Origin: Microgenomates group bacterium Gr01-1014_5
GTDB lineage: Bacteria; Patescibacteriota; Microgenomatia; UBA8517; UBA10165
DNA: 64,000 nt
Direction of reading: 5' to 3'
NCBI GenBank assembly: GCA_007376395.1
Contig: VMGE01000002.1
Location: forward strand, 77,118 to 141,117
The stretch's first letter is position 1. The number at the start of each line of letters is the position of its first letter. Position numbers and translations under genes: made by a program. Under the pieces are notes generated by a model, which made no database searches, was not told the origin of the DNA, and saw only the letters and a list, made by a program, of their open reading frames with translations. Below are positions 46,592-57,244 of the stretch, one piece after another.

Positions 46592-47629
46592 CTACTTCTC
46601 TCTGGAGACAAGATATTCTGTTAAATCACCTAATAACGTCTTAAATTTTATGTCTTTGGTTATTTTTGGAATTACTCTTTTTGCCTGATGCGCATATTCC
46701 GCGGCTTTTAATTTTGAATAATCCAAACTGCCGGTATCAATAAAGACTTTTTTAATCAACTCGAGTTCTTTCTTACCTATGTGTCCTCTACCGTAATACT
46801 TTGTAAGAATGTTTTTTTGTGCTTTGTTTGCGTTTCTTAGAGCATAAGTAATCAGTAGCGTGTTTTTCCCTTCTTCAATGTCAGACGTCACCGATTTTCC
46901 AAGTTTTGCCTCATCGCCAAAAACACCTAAAATATCGTCCTGTATTTGGAAGGCTATGCCTAAATTCTCTCCAAAAACCTCAAAATGTTTAAGCAGGGGT
47001 CTTTTTGCCCCAGCAAGGATTGCGCCGATTGATAAAGGATAAATCATTGTGTAGTAAGAAGTTTTGAGTCTGTGGATTTGCAAGACTGCCGCATCAGTTT
47101 TACTCGTAGGAAGTCGCGGTAGCTCCACGTCTAACATTTCCCCCAAACCAGTATTTATCACCATATTGGAAAACGCAGAAACGGCATTGTTTTTATTTTT
47201 ATCGTTAAAATTGCTCTCTGAAATTAGCCGTACTGCCAAGAAAAACCCCATATCCCCCAAACAGATCGTTTGAGAAATAGCATAATGATCCCCACCTAAT
47301 TCCCTGTAAAGCGTTGGTTTGCCCCGCCTTGTAGGACTTTTATCGATAATATCGTCATGGGCAAGGATTGCGGTTTGGAAAACTTCAACAGCTGCCCCTG
47401 CTTTGTAAATTTCTTTAGTGGCACTACCCTCTGCCAAGTCATAACCTAATTTTACCAGACAACCTCGTAATGTTTTCCCGCCGAAATTTCTGTCAGTAAA
47501 GAGCTTCGCAAGCGGCCCTAAACTGGAATGAATACTTCCTGCCTCACGAGACCATTTTCCAAGGCTAATTTCCATAACCTTGTTCACTTCTCCCACCGCC
47601 TGAGCCAAATATTTTTGAAAATCAGTCAT
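46592..47629 (-). CDS. polyprenyl diphosphate synthase (trans-isoprenyl diphosphate synthase)
   Basis: First and second Asp-rich motifs (DDIIDKSPTRRGKPT; FQIQDDILG); start set at MTDFQKYL. Confidence 0.85.
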   Translation of the reverse strand: MTDFQKYLAQAVGEVNKVMEISLGKWSREAGSIHSSLGPLAKLFTDRNFGGKTLRGCLVKLGYDLAEGSATKEIYKAGAAVEVFQTAILAHDDIIDKSPTRRGKPTLYRELGGDHYAISQTICLGDMGFFLAVRLISESNFNDKNKNNAVSAFSNMVINTGLGEMLDVELPRLPTSKTDAAVLQIHRLKTSYYTMIYPLSIGAILAGAKRPLLKHFEVFGENLGIAFQIQDDILGVFGDEAKLGKSVTSDIEEGKNTLLITYALRNANKAQKNILTKYYGRGHIGKKELELIKKVFIDTGSLDYSKLKAAEYAHQAKRVIPKITKDIKFKTLLGDLTEYLVSREK

Positions 47630-47718
47630 TTTAGGAAAAAGCAGAAAGTACTTGAGTATAATCCTAGACTCTTGCATTATCAATCTTACTTGTGCAAGTT
47701 TTTTTGTAAGTGGTATAA

Positions 47719-48528
47719 TTGCAGGCACGGGTATTTGAATATATGCCAAAGCGAACCTTGAAGCTTCTTACTTTACCAAATCCTCCAAAACACATCGCAC
47801 TTATCATGGACGGGAATAGGCGCTGGGCGGCTAAACACGGACTCGGCCCAATTGACGGCCACCGGTTTGGAGCAGAAAAAACCATTAAACCACTTGTCGA
47901 ACACGCCATCAAACACGGGATTAAGTATCTCACTTTATGGGCATTCTCAACGGAAAACAGAAAAAGAGACAAAAGTGAACTGCAGGGTCTTTTTAGGGTC
48001 TTTAGAGATGCCCTTAAAACCAACCTCCGCGAACTGGAGGAAATGGGAGTCAGGGTAAATATCATTGGAGATATTGACTGGTTTCCAAAAGATATCCCCG
48101 CTCTTGCTAAAGCGTTTGTCGAAAGAACCAAGAAAAATAAGAAGATTACTGTTTCTTTCGCCCTAAATTACGGCGGTAGAGAAGAATTGCTAAGAGCTGT
48201 CTCCCGCCTCCTTGAAAAAATAAAAAATCATAAAAGGAGTCTTACTAAGGCTCTTACCGAAAAAGAATTCTCAAGCTATTTAGATACGGCTGGTCTCCCA
48301 GATCCGGATATGATTATTAGAACCGGCGGAAACATGAGGTTGTCTGGTTACTTTCCATGGCAGGCAGTCTATGCAGAACTTTATTTTACAACTACACTTT
48401 GGCCAGACTTTACTCCAAAAGAGTTTGATAAAGCTTTACTGGATTTTGCGCAAAGAACCAGAAGGTTTGGCGCGGGAAACTTCGGAGATTATTTAAGAAA
48501 AATTAAAAATAGTGCAATTAGCAGTTAA
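47719..48528 (+). CDS. uppS: undecaprenyl diphosphate synthase (cis-isoprenyl transferase)
   Basis: [13 protein letters not shown], FSTENxxR and RTGG motifs. Confidence 0.9.
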   Translation: MQARVFEYMPKRTLKLLTLPNPPKHIALIMDGNRRWAAKHGLGPIDGHRFGAEKTIKPLVEHAIKHGIKYLTLWAFSTENRKRDKSELQGLFRVFRDALKTNLRELEEMGVRVNIIGDIDWFPKDIPALAKAFVERTKKNKKITVSFALNYGGREELLRAVSRLLEKIKNHKRSLTKALTEKEFSSYLDTAGLPDPDMIIRTGGNMRLSGYFPWQAVYAELYFTTTLWPDFTPKEFDKALLDFAQRTRRFGAGNFGDYLRKIKNSAISS

Positions 48529-49406
48529 CCTTGCTGTAACTTCTCCAAAGCTTCTCTTTGTTCGCTAGTTAAATTATTGAAAGCCGGAATATTAATGTGC
48601 AGACGAATGTAATAGTCTCCCCTTCCTCTCCCGTGCAAATGCGGCATACCCTTTCCGCTTAGGCGCAAAGCCGCCCCGGGCTGGGTACCTGGTTTAATTC
48701 TAATTTTCTCTTTGCCGTCGATTATTGGCATTTCAACAATTCCTCCTGTTACTGCTGTGATCATTGGTATTTCGACATCGGCTATTAAATCGTCACCGTC
48801 TCTTGTAAATATTTTATGTGAGCGGACATTAACCACAATAAAAAAATCAGAAAAACGGATCCGCGCTCCGTCGTCTACCCCGGGAGGAATTTTAATCTTC
48901 CTTTTCTTGCCTCCTATCGAAACTTCCTTTTCGACACCATTGAACGCTTCTTCAAGTTCTATTGAAAGTTGATAGTGTGCCATCTGCTGGCGCTGAGAAG
49001 TTCCGAAAGGAGATGCCCCGCCAAAGAATTGTTCGAAGATTTCAAAAGGATCGACATCGCCAAATGGGTTCTGTCCTTGTTGCTCGCCGTTACCCCAGCG
49101 ATAAGTATAAGTAAACGGGCCTTGCTGTCCGCCAAAACCGGGGAAACCTCCGGCAAACGGATTCCCCCCACCTGCGCCCTGATTTACACCAGCATGGCCA
49201 AATTGGTCATAAGCTTGTTTTTTATTAGGATTGGACAAGACCTCGTACGCTTCGTTTATTTCTTTAAACTTTTTTTCAGCCTCGGGAGATTTGTTTTTGT
49301 CCGGGTGCCACGCAATTGCCAGCTTGCGGTAGGCTGTTTTTAATTCGCGGTCGTTCGCACCCCTTTTAACTCCTAAAACTTCGTAATAATCTCTGTTTGT
49401 TGCCAT
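48525..49406 (-). CDS. dnaJ: DnaJ-like co-chaperone lacking the Cys-rich zinc-finger domain (class B architecture)
   Basis: J domain with HPDKN; G/F-rich linker; two C-terminal beta-sandwich substrate-binding domains; no CxxCxGxG repeats. Confidence 0.85.
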   Translation of the reverse strand: MATNRDYYEVLGVKRGANDRELKTAYRKLAIAWHPDKNKSPEAEKKFKEINEAYEVLSNPNKKQAYDQFGHAGVNQGAGGGNPFAGGFPGFGGQQGPFTYTYRWGNGEQQGQNPFGDVDPFEIFEQFFGGASPFGTSQRQQMAHYQLSIELEEAFNGVEKEVSIGGKKRKIKIPPGVDDGARIRFSDFFIVVNVRSHKIFTRDGDDLIADVEIPMITAVTGGIVEMPIIDGKEKIRIKPGTQPGAALRLSGKGMPHLHGRGRGDYYIRLHINIPAFNNLTSEQREALEKLQQG

Positions 49407-49532
49407 AATTTTATAGAAGCTAATTATATACCAAGGCTCGTGTGGAAGCTAACAGTCTTTCAAGAAGAGTACTTGTAGCATTTCTGTATTTTAGTACATT
49501 TTTTAAAAGTGTAGTTTTTTATCGTAAAACTT

Positions 49533-49563
49533 ACAAAAAAGGGCATCCCTTGCCGGGAGCCCC
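49533..49563 (-). terminator. rho-independent terminator after the Cys-rich ORF
   Basis: Minus-strand GGGGCUCCC-ggcaa-GGGAUGCCC stem (with internal mismatch) followed by UUUUUUG. Confidence 0.5.
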
Positions 49564-49595
49564 AGGCGATTTGACTGGTTACGCAGGCGCCGGGT

Positions 49596-50051
49596 CTAAG
49601 CTTTCCTCATAGCAGCTCTTACCTTATTGCTTGAAGGCGGCCGCATTCTGATGCCTTTCAACGTGAGCTGTCGGCTTATGATGTCCAAACTGCCTCCAAT
49701 GATTTGTGCCTGCAACCGGTAATCTGGGGCAGCTTCAGTACTACAGTTCTTGCAATCGTAAACAAACTCATTGTGGAATCGAACAATCACGCCCGATCGG
49801 GTGAACGGAAATTCAACAGTCCGTTTCTGCAACTGCACTACTTGCTCGCAGCCCTCACACGTTCCAGTAGGACATGGAGGCGGAACCGGTTCCGGAAGTA
49901 TCACCTCGATTGACGGGACCCTTCCATTGGTGGTCTCGACATGCCAAGGCACTTCAAAGCGACCCAAGAACTCTTCGAGAGTCGGTGTTCTTCCATTGAG
50001 CGATGGCCTTACTTCTCTTTCCATAACCTGAGTGTAAGTTTTATACAACAA
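49596..50051 (-). CDS. Cys-rich hypothetical protein inserted between dnaK and dnaJ
   Basis: 151-aa ORF beginning 4 bp after the dnaK stop; CPTGTCEGCEQ and CKNCS motifs; locally higher GC than neighbours; own terminator. Confidence 0.4.
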   Translation of the reverse strand: MLYKTYTQVMEREVRPSLNGRTPTLEEFLGRFEVPWHVETTNGRVPSIEVILPEPVPPPCPTGTCEGCEQVVQLQKRTVEFPFTRSGVIVRFHNEFVYDCKNCSTEAAPDYRLQAQIIGGSLDIISRQLTLKGIRMRPPSSNKVRAAMRKA

Positions 50052-50054
50052 CCA

Positions 50055-51989
50055 TTAACTCACTACTTCTCCTTCTTCAACTTTCCCTTTTCCGCCAGCT
50101 GGCGGATTCTCTTCTGTCCCTTTTTCTTCAGAAGCTTCTTTCTCTGTATCTTTTTCTGTTCCTGTCTTATCTCCATACATTGCCTGTCCCACACTTTGTA
50201 AAACTTCAGACAAACTTTTGGTTGCAGTTTCGATTGTATCTTTGGACGAATTCTCGTCTCCCAACACTTCTTTAACTTTCTTAACCTCTTCTTCGACTTT
50301 TTCTTTGACATCAGCAGGTATTTTACTTGCCTCGCCGCCAGGCGAGTCTCCCGCGTCTTTTAGAGCTTTTTCAGCCGTAAAGACAAGGGCGTCAGCCTGG
50401 TTTCTGGCGTCAATTCTTTCCTTTTTCTCTTTATCTTCTGTTGAATGAATTTCTGCCTCTTCCTGAGCCTTTTTAACTTCTTCGTCAGACAAACCAACTG
50501 CTCCGGTAATCTTAATTGACTGCTCTTTACCGGACGCTTTGTCTTTGGCAGAGACCGACAGAAGACCATTTGCATCCATATCAAAAGTTACCTCGACTTG
50601 CGGAACACCGCGGGGGGAAGGAGGAATACCGTCTAAGGTAAACTTACCCAAAGATTTATTGTCAGCCGCCATTGGGCGTTCACCTTGTAAAATATTAATT
50701 TCAACTTGGGTCTGGTTATCAGCGGCCGTCGAGAACGTTTGCGACTTGGAAGTCGGAATGGTCGTATTCCTCTCAATCATTGGCGTAGCCACACTACCCA
50801 AAGTTTCGATAGCCAAAGTCAAAGGAGTAACGTCTAACAAAAGAACGTCTTTTACTTCTCCGCCCAACACTCCACCCTGAATTGCCGCTCCTATGGCCAC
50901 AACTTCATCCGGATTAACGCCTTTGTGCGGATCTTTACCGAAAAACTCTTTTACGACTTCTTGTACCTTTGGCATGCGGGTCATACCGCCAACCAAAACT
51001 ATTTCGTCTATATCGCCTGCCTTAATTTTTGCGTCTTTAAGCGCTTCTCCGACAGGCTTCATCGTACGGCGAATGAGGTCGTCAACCAGTGCCTCGAGCT
51101 TTGCCCGAGAAATCTTCATTGTTAAGTGCAGAGGGTTGCCATTGTGCTGGGTAACGTAGGGTTGGTTAACTTCTGTTTCCGCGCTTGCCGAAAGCTCGAC
51201 TTTTGCTTTTTCCGCAGCATCGCGCAGTCTTTGTAGGGCTTGGTGGTCTTGGCGCAAATCAACGCCGTGTTCTTTTTTAAATTCCTCAGCAATATAATCA
51301 ACAATTACAGCGTCAAAATCATCTCCGCCCAAGTGCGTATCTCCATTGGTTGCCTTAACTTCAAAAACCCCATCACCAAGCTCTAAGATAGAAATATCAA
51401 AAGTGCCCCCACCCAAGTCATAAACAGCAATCGTGTGTGCGTTCTTTTTGTCCAAACCGTAAGCCAGAGCCGCAGCCGTAGGTTCATTAATAATTCTTTC
51501 TACCTTAAGTCCGGCAATTTCTCCTGCTTGCTTGGTTGCCGCACGCTGATTGTCGTCAAAATAAGCAGGAACCGTAATAACCGCACTCTCGACTTTTTCA
51601 CCCAAATAGTCTTCGGCGTCTTTTTTGAGTTTTCGCAAAACCTGAGCTGAAATTTCTTGCGGCGTATATTCTTTTCCTTCAACTTCAACCACTGCCATGT
51701 CATTCTTACCGCGCTTAATTGTGTAAGGCACCATCCCGATGGTCTTTTTAGCTTCCGGATCTTCGACACGACGACCCATTAAGCGTTTAACCGAGTAAAT
51801 AGTGCTTTTGGAGTTGAGAATCATCTGGCGCTTAGCTACGTCGCCGATTAGATTTTTAACAGGCTCGACGACAGAAGGCGTGATATTCCGCCCCGTGTCT
51901 GAAGCAGGGATGACTTTTGGTTGTCCGCCTTCCATGACGGCGACTACTGAATTGGTTGTACCAAGATCGATACCGATTATTTTAGACAT
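50055..51989 (-). CDS. dnaK: molecular chaperone DnaK (Hsp70)
   Basis: [18 protein letters not shown] and the full Hsp70 NBD+SBD; E/K-rich C-terminal tail. Confidence 0.97.
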   Translation of the reverse strand: MSKIIGIDLGTTNSVVAVMEGGQPKVIPASDTGRNITPSVVEPVKNLIGDVAKRQMILNSKSTIYSVKRLMGRRVEDPEAKKTIGMVPYTIKRGKNDMAVVEVEGKEYTPQEISAQVLRKLKKDAEDYLGEKVESAVITVPAYFDDNQRAATKQAGEIAGLKVERIINEPTAAALAYGLDKKNAHTIAVYDLGGGTFDISILELGDGVFEVKATNGDTHLGGDDFDAVIVDYIAEEFKKEHGVDLRQDHQALQRLRDAAEKAKVELSASAETEVNQPYVTQHNGNPLHLTMKISRAKLEALVDDLIRRTMKPVGEALKDAKIKAGDIDEIVLVGGMTRMPKVQEVVKEFFGKDPHKGVNPDEVVAIGAAIQGGVLGGEVKDVLLLDVTPLTLAIETLGSVATPMIERNTTIPTSKSQTFSTAADNQTQVEINILQGERPMAADNKSLGKFTLDGIPPSPRGVPQVEVTFDMDANGLLSVSAKDKASGKEQSIKITGAVGLSDEEVKKAQEEAEIHSTEDKEKKERIDARNQADALVFTAEKALKDAGDSPGGEASKIPADVKEKVEEEVKKVKEVLGDENSSKDTIETATKSLSEVLQSVGQAMYGDKTGTEKDTEKEASEEKGTEENPPAGGKGKVEEGEVVS

Positions 51990-51990
51990 A

Positions 51991-52491
51991 TTAGTTTTCC
52001 CCTTTATAAACCTGCACTTTAGCCGGTCTGATTACTTTTCCGTCTTTCCATTTATAACCTTTTGACAAGATTTGGGCAAGAGTGTTTTTGCTTCCGCCTC
52101 CGCCAGCTGGCGGACTAACACTGTCTATTGCCTCATGAATTCCACTATCGAATTCGTCACCGGTTTTGGCTGTAATTTCCGCTACGCCATGGCTGTCCAA
52201 TACCCGCTGTAAATGTTCCATCCCCATTCCCAAACCCTGGTCTTGCAAATGAACTTGAGCACGTTCTAAGTCGTCAAACACTGGTAATAAATCTTCGACA
52301 AAATTTCTTGTTGCTCTCAGGTAAATCTCGCCCTGCTCCCTTTCCAGCCTTTTAACCAAATTTTGATAATCTGCCAAAGCCCTTGCCAAACGATTTTTCA
52401 AATCTTCCGTTTCTTCCTTGTACGTTGCCTGCCCCGTTAACTTGTCGTTCGGGGTGTCCTGTGCGCTATATCCTATTTTTGTTTTTGCCAT
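51991..52491 (-). CDS. grpE: nucleotide exchange factor GrpE
   Basis: GrpE coiled-coil and C-terminal beta domain motifs; stop and start adjacent to dnaK. Confidence 0.9.
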   Translation of the reverse strand: MAKTKIGYSAQDTPNDKLTGQATYKEETEDLKNRLARALADYQNLVKRLEREQGEIYLRATRNFVEDLLPVFDDLERAQVHLQDQGLGMGMEHLQRVLDSHGVAEITAKTGDEFDSGIHEAIDSVSPPAGGGGSKNTLAQILSKGYKWKDGKVIRPAKVQVYKGEN

Positions 52492-53216
52492 ATTTCACTG
52501 GATTGAGAAACGAGACTTCCAAAATAACGCACGATTGGAATTATTGCCGGATAATTAAATCGGGTCGGGCCAATTACTCCTAACGAACCGCGTCCTTCCG
52601 GTCCTGTAAATTGACAAGAAATTATTCCCACAGGTTCAAAATTCGGCCAACCAAGTTCTTCGCCAAAGAGCACTTCTATGGGTTCTTCTCGTACTGCTCT
52701 TCCAAAGAACAATTCCTGTAAACGACGCGCTTCTTCAATCATGGCTAATACCCGAATCGTCACGTCGATATTGTAAAACTCAGGAATATCTAAGATATTA
52801 GCATATCCTGAGTGCCAAACTTGTCCATTGTCGGTTGCGGCAATTGCCAAACTGTGGGTATTGTTAGCAAGAGCACGGGTAACTTCATGCATTAAATGGT
52901 CAAAATTGTCGTTTCCAAGCGATACTTGTTCCCTAGCCTGCACCTCTTCGGCAACTGAGAGTTTCTTCTCTTCCATCAATTGATTTACGTAAAGTTTAAT
53001 TGCCTTGGGAGACGGAACACGACCAGACGAGGTGTGGGGTTGGCGCAAAAAACCCATTTTGGTTAATGCCGACATTTCGTTGCGGATAGTTGCAGGAGAA
53101 ACTCCAACGTTGTATTTTTTCTCCAAAACGTCAGAACCTACAGGAATGGCAGTTTCTGTGTATTCCTCTACTACACACTTCAGAACTTGGATTTGTCTTG
53201 GCGTAAGCTCGTCCAT
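52473..53216 (-). CDS. hrcA: heat-inducible transcription repressor HrcA
   Basis: N-terminal wHTH (LTPRQIQVLKCVVEEY...GSDVL) and HrcA C-domain; start set at ATG 53216. Confidence 0.9.
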   Translation of the reverse strand: MDELTPRQIQVLKCVVEEYTETAIPVGSDVLEKKYNVGVSPATIRNEMSALTKMGFLRQPHTSSGRVPSPKAIKLYVNQLMEEKKLSVAEEVQAREQVSLGNDNFDHLMHEVTRALANNTHSLAIAATDNGQVWHSGYANILDIPEFYNIDVTIRVLAMIEEARRLQELFFGRAVREEPIEVLFGEELGWPNFEPVGIISCQFTGPEGRGSLGVIGPTRFNYPAIIPIVRYFGSLVSQSSEIWQKQK

Positions 53217-53242
53217 TAGCACTTAATATACTAGAGTGCCAG
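53216..53242. promoter_or_regulatory. CIRCE operator (TTAGCACTT-N9-GAGTGCCAG) overlapping the hrcA -10 and start codon
   Basis: Matches the TTAGCACTC-N9-GAGTGCTAA consensus at 16/18 positions. Minus-strand TTGACA (53248-53253) -17- TATATT (53225-53230) puts the -10 inside the CIRCE spacer and the ATG at 53216-53214, so the transcript is leaderless. Confidence 0.8.
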
Positions 53243-53282
53243 AAGTTTGTCAACCCCGTATACTTTTGTGGATTTTACGAGG

Positions 53283-53654
53283 TCAATATCTGTTTGTATG
53301 AGGTAAAGGGGGAAAGGATCCTGTCGCACTCATAATCTCTCCGTCTTTTCGCACTATCTCTCGAACTTCCTCACTTACTCCAATTATCTCCATCTCCAAC
53401 TCAACGATTTGATCAAGTAACCGCTGATGGGAAGCTTCATCAAGACCGCGAGTCCACCCTAAAAATCCTGGATCTATCATACAGCCTGGGTATTCAAACA
53501 CCGGGCCTCCAGGGCCGCTGGGAAAGAATTGCCGTGGCTCTATATTGTCTCTCGCTTGCTGTAGTTCTGCGAAAGGAGGAAGGGAACGGGATTGTTCTAG
53601 CAACTGCTGTAATAGAGCTTGACAAGATAGTCGCGATACAGGAGAACGCTCCAT
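53283..53654 (-). CDS. hypothetical protein
   Basis: 123-aa ORF, Q/L/P-rich, slightly higher GC than neighbours; no motif. Confidence 0.35.
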   Translation of the reverse strand: MERSPVSRLSCQALLQQLLEQSRSLPPFAELQQARDNIEPRQFFPSGPGGPVFEYPGCMIDPGFLGWTRGLDEASHQRLLDQIVELEMEIIGVSEEVREIVRKDGEIMSATGSFPPLPHTNRY

Positions 53655-53748
53655 ATTTTCCAGTTTATACTAAACTTTGAACGAAGTCTAACCTTGGTTA
53701 AGGTAAATTTTGAGGCTAAGACTTGAAAATTTGCACTAAAACTTACAG

Positions 53749-55053
53749 TCAGGACCCATTGTTAAAGTTGGGCTCTTGAGGCAACTTACTTCTCAGTCTT
53801 ACCTCAGAAACAAACTCTCTTAAAACCAATAAAGTTATTATAACTAGGATCAATTTCCCGGCAATCGCGAAAGCAAACAGCCCGGGCTGGCTTGCTCCTT
53901 GATAAAAAATTGTCAAAAAGTCTGAATACCCCAAAGGATAAACGAATTGCTCCAAAACCAACATAATAGAATACAATCCAGAGATCTGTAACACGCGAAT
54001 AGGTAAAACCCCAACCCTTAAAAGTAAGCAGACAAAAATCAAAGGCCAAAAGAGATACTGGGGCTGAAAGTTTGTTGAAAAAATGAGCAAAAAAAGCAAG
54101 ACCATCAAAGACGAAAGAATTACTAATTTTTCGGGGTTTACTGCCTTTCTTGCTGTAGCACAGACTCCCCAAACCAATAGAACGGAAATTGCCAAGATTG
54201 ATACAAAGAGCTCTTTTATTAAATTTCCTGACAGACCATGGACACCATAAGCATTGATTGGAATTAAATCAGTTCCCAGAAAAAGATTTTGCAAAATTAA
54301 CAACACTCCAGCAAAACTCTCAATGCCTACGGGTTTTAGTGAATGGAACTCTAACGAATGGATAATTTCGCGAGCTGTACCCCCAGAAAGAAGATACAAT
54401 CCCGGAAAGAACAATAATCCGAACACAAATCCCGCGATTAACTCCAGAGAAAAATGTTTTCTCTCACCCGCCTTTGAGGATATTAAAAATAACGGAATTA
54501 AAAGCAAGGGGTAAAGTTTGACGGCTGTAGCAAAACCCAACAACGCTCCCGCCAGAGCCGGTATACCTTTTTTCCAAAAAAAATAGGCTTCGAGAACAAA
54601 TAACGAAACTACGGCCTCGAATCGATAAAGAAGAATCGGGCCTGCGGCGACAATAAGCACTAAACCAACCCAAAGAGTTTTTGCGCCACCCAGGCGAAAC
54701 AAGAGTGCAAGATGTAACGCTAGGAGCGCTAAATTCAACAAGATTATTCCCTCTGTGTACCCGATGTTTACAACAGTAAATAAAAGCGGTACCAGGAAGA
54801 AATATAAAGCTCCTGGTAGATATTCGTTCGGTCCTACACCACTCCAAGAATTATCGCGGGAAAAAGCAAGAGCGCGCTGGTAAAATGTCCCTATATCAAC
54901 CGATAGATGGTAAGACCAAGAAGGGTGGTGCGCTTGAGCCCAGAGAATACCGAAACCCAATACAGCACCCAGAACAATTATTTTTTTAGATCCTAGAAAG
55001 TCTTTAATTTGGTTCACTAACATTTTAAGCTCCGTTATTGGGGGTTGGAGCAA
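53749..55053 (-). CDS. polytopic membrane protein, probable GT-C-type glycosyltransferase (DUF2029-like)
   Basis: More than 10 TM helices, overall GT-C-like topology; weak call. Confidence 0.45.
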   Translation of the reverse strand: MLQPPITELKMLVNQIKDFLGSKKIIVLGAVLGFGILWAQAHHPSWSYHLSVDIGTFYQRALAFSRDNSWSGVGPNEYLPGALYFFLVPLLFTVVNIGYTEGIILLNLALLALHLALLFRLGGAKTLWVGLVLIVAAGPILLYRFEAVVSLFVLEAYFFWKKGIPALAGALLGFATAVKLYPLLLIPLFLISSKAGERKHFSLELIAGFVFGLLFFPGLYLLSGGTAREIIHSLEFHSLKPVGIESFAGVLLILQNLFLGTDLIPINAYGVHGLSGNLIKELFVSILAISVLLVWGVCATARKAVNPEKLVILSSLMVLLFLLIFSTNFQPQYLFWPLIFVCLLLRVGVLPIRVLQISGLYSIMLVLEQFVYPLGYSDFLTIFYQGASQPGLFAFAIAGKLILVIITLLVLREFVSEVRLRSKLPQEPNFNNGS

Positions 55054-56764
55054 TAGGCTCAGTGTTTTGACTCTCAGATTCTTTCAAAAAGGCAGGCAGG
55101 CGGTTTCTGGATATTTTTCTTAATGCCCGTAATACAAACTGCAATTCTTCTATTCTAAGCATGTAAGACAAGGCTAAATAAAGCAAGAAGCCAAACAAGG
55201 CAACCAAGAAGGTAACCGCAACCAGGTTGACTGTATAGCGCGTATCAAGAATAAAAAGATCAAAAGTGGTCGGCAAGGAAAGGCCAATGTGTCTAAAAAA
55301 GGACAGTTTTTGATCCCAAGCAGAACGGTCAAGAACCTTGAGCAAGATATACATTAACAAGCCCGATACCCCTGCAGCAAGGATAATTTTGACAAAGACT
55401 TGGCCTATTTTATAGTCGGCAAAACCTCCTACGCGCCGCGCGAACAAAGCGTAAAGAATAATAATTTGGACTATTCCGGCAATTGAATAAGCCAAAGCCA
55501 GGCTCCAAATAGGCAACTTGAAACCCACTACAAATAGTATTCCCAACACCGCATTAAGAAAAATGGTGAAAATAGAAACCTTAACGGGCGTGGCGGTATC
55601 TTGAAGCGCATAAAAACCACGGTTAAGCAAAAGCGATAAAGCATACGCAAAACCGCCAAGACAAAAAGCAGATACGACATATCCCGTGTCCAGCGTGTCT
55701 TGCCAATCAAAATACTGGGCGCCAAAGGCCAAACGCACCAAAGGTAAACGCAAAACTGCGAGGAAAATTGTTGTTGGAACGACCAAAAAGAGAATTTCTT
55801 TAAACGAGGAGATAAAGGTTTGTTTAAATTTATCCAGATCGCGGGTGGATTGAAGTGATAATTGCGGGAACGAGGCTTTTGCTATCGAAAGGCCAAAAAG
55901 GCCAACCGGTAAAGAAGCAAGTGAATCGCCAAATTTAAAATAAGTTAGTCCCCCAACAACCAGCGAGGCGGTAAAAAGGTCGGTTAAACGTTTAACCTGG
56001 AAAAAGGATAGTTCCACAATTCTGGGAATCGCGAGCTTGCTAATTTCTCTTACTGCCGGATCGCGAAAATCCAAAAGAAGTTTGGGGCGAAAACCTAGAC
56101 CAATGGCAAACGGCAGTTGTATGGCTAAATGTAAAAAACTTCCCAAGATAACTCCCAAAACTGCCGCGCCCATACCCAAGGATGGCGCCAGAAAGGCAGT
56201 GGCTAAAATTATTCCAATGTTATAAAACAAAGGGGCGGTCGCGGAAACTAAAAAACGCTGATGTGCCTCAAGCACGGCAGTGAGGAGGTAGCTCACCACG
56301 AAAAATAGCTGGGCAACAAGCAGCCAGCGGGTAAAGTAGACTGTTTGGGCAATTTTCTCGGGGGTAAAACCCCGTGCAAATAAGCTGTACACGGGTTCAG
56401 CAAAAATAAAAATCAGGACAGATAAAACAGTAAAGAATAAGAGTAAGATACTTAGAGTCACAGAAGCTACATGCCATGCTTCTTTTTTCCGGTCTTGGCT
56501 TAAATATTTTCCAAAGACCGGGATAAAAACAGAAGACATAGCTCCTAAGATTAAAAGGTCAAAGAGCATGTCCGGAAGCTGAAAAGCGGCTAAGAAAGAG
56601 TCGAGTTGTTCTGGCGCAAAATAATGAACAAAGACGCGGTTTCGGATAAGACCCAAAAAACGCGAGGCGGCAACCATGAACATAATAATTGCCGCTGCAG
56701 AAAGAATGTTAGTTTGCTTGGCGTATAAAAAGTTCTTACCTTCCTCAAAAAGCTTTTTCACCAT
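55025..56764 (-). CDS. murJ: lipid II flippase MurJ/MviN
   Basis: 14-TM MOP-superfamily pattern, N-terminal AASRFLGLIRNRV motif. Confidence 0.85.
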   Translation of the reverse strand: MVKKLFEEGKNFLYAKQTNILSAAAIIMFMVAASRFLGLIRNRVFVHYFAPEQLDSFLAAFQLPDMLFDLLILGAMSSVFIPVFGKYLSQDRKKEAWHVASVTLSILLLFFTVLSVLIFIFAEPVYSLFARGFTPEKIAQTVYFTRWLLVAQLFFVVSYLLTAVLEAHQRFLVSATAPLFYNIGIILATAFLAPSLGMGAAVLGVILGSFLHLAIQLPFAIGLGFRPKLLLDFRDPAVREISKLAIPRIVELSFFQVKRLTDLFTASLVVGGLTYFKFGDSLASLPVGLFGLSIAKASFPQLSLQSTRDLDKFKQTFISSFKEILFLVVPTTIFLAVLRLPLVRLAFGAQYFDWQDTLDTGYVVSAFCLGGFAYALSLLLNRGFYALQDTATPVKVSIFTIFLNAVLGILFVVGFKLPIWSLALAYSIAGIVQIIILYALFARRVGGFADYKIGQVFVKIILAAGVSGLLMYILLKVLDRSAWDQKLSFFRHIGLSLPTTFDLFILDTRYTVNLVAVTFLVALFGFLLYLALSYMLRIEELQFVLRALRKISRNRLPAFLKESESQNTEPIAPTPNNGA

Positions 56765-56873
56765 ACCAGCAGGCTTGGGTTTGCACTAACCCTCAGTTTT
56801 CAAGTATAATTGCCCCTGTGTATACGCACAACAGGTAATTTATCATTTTTCATTTCTCCATTTATCAATTAAT

Positions 56874-56900
56874 TGACCAAATGTTAAATGTTTAAATGAT
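56874..56900 (+). promoter_or_regulatory. rpsT promoter (TTGACC-18-TGaTAAAAT, extended -10)
   Basis: Read from the sequence; followed by a leader with GGAG SD and the ATG at 56925. Confidence 0.45.
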
Positions 56901-56924
56901 AAAATTCGACTAATAGGAGAGTAT

Positions 56925-57194
56925 ATGCCGGTACTTAAATCAAGCAAAAAAGCTTTAAAGGTTTCGAGGAGAAGAAAAGACGAAAACGATATTCTGCGTA
57001 AAAATTTACGAAACGCGGTAAAGGCTTTGCGTGCGTCTCCAACGACTGCAAGCCTGAAAAAGGTCTACTCTCTACTTGACCGTTCTGCGAAAAAATATGT
57101 CATGCACAAAAACCGCGCGGCACGTCTTAAAAGCGGCTTTTCAAAATTAGTAAAACCAGCTTCAAAAACTTCTAAAAAAACTGCTCGCTTGTAG
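56925..57194 (+). CDS. rpsT: 30S ribosomal protein S20
   Basis: KSAKKALKVSRRR...NRAARLKS S20 pattern. Confidence 0.9.
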   Translation: MPVLKSSKKALKVSRRRKDENDILRKNLRNAVKALRASPTTASLKKVYSLLDRSAKKYVMHKNRAARLKSGFSKLVKPASKTSKKTARL

Positions 57195-57244
57195 TTCTTC
57201 TTTCACGGTATTTCATATGCTAATATGCAGCAGAGTGAAAGCTT

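Noticed and set aside
49407-50051. Possibility that the GC-rich dnaK-dnaJ spacer encodes a structured RNA (tmRNA, RNase P or 6S) rather than a protein
   Set aside because: I found no tRNA-like 3' end, no RNase P P4 consensus (GGAAAGUCCGG) and no tag-peptide frame. The ORF has protein-like composition and is tightly coupled to the dnaK stop. Kept as a low-confidence CDS.
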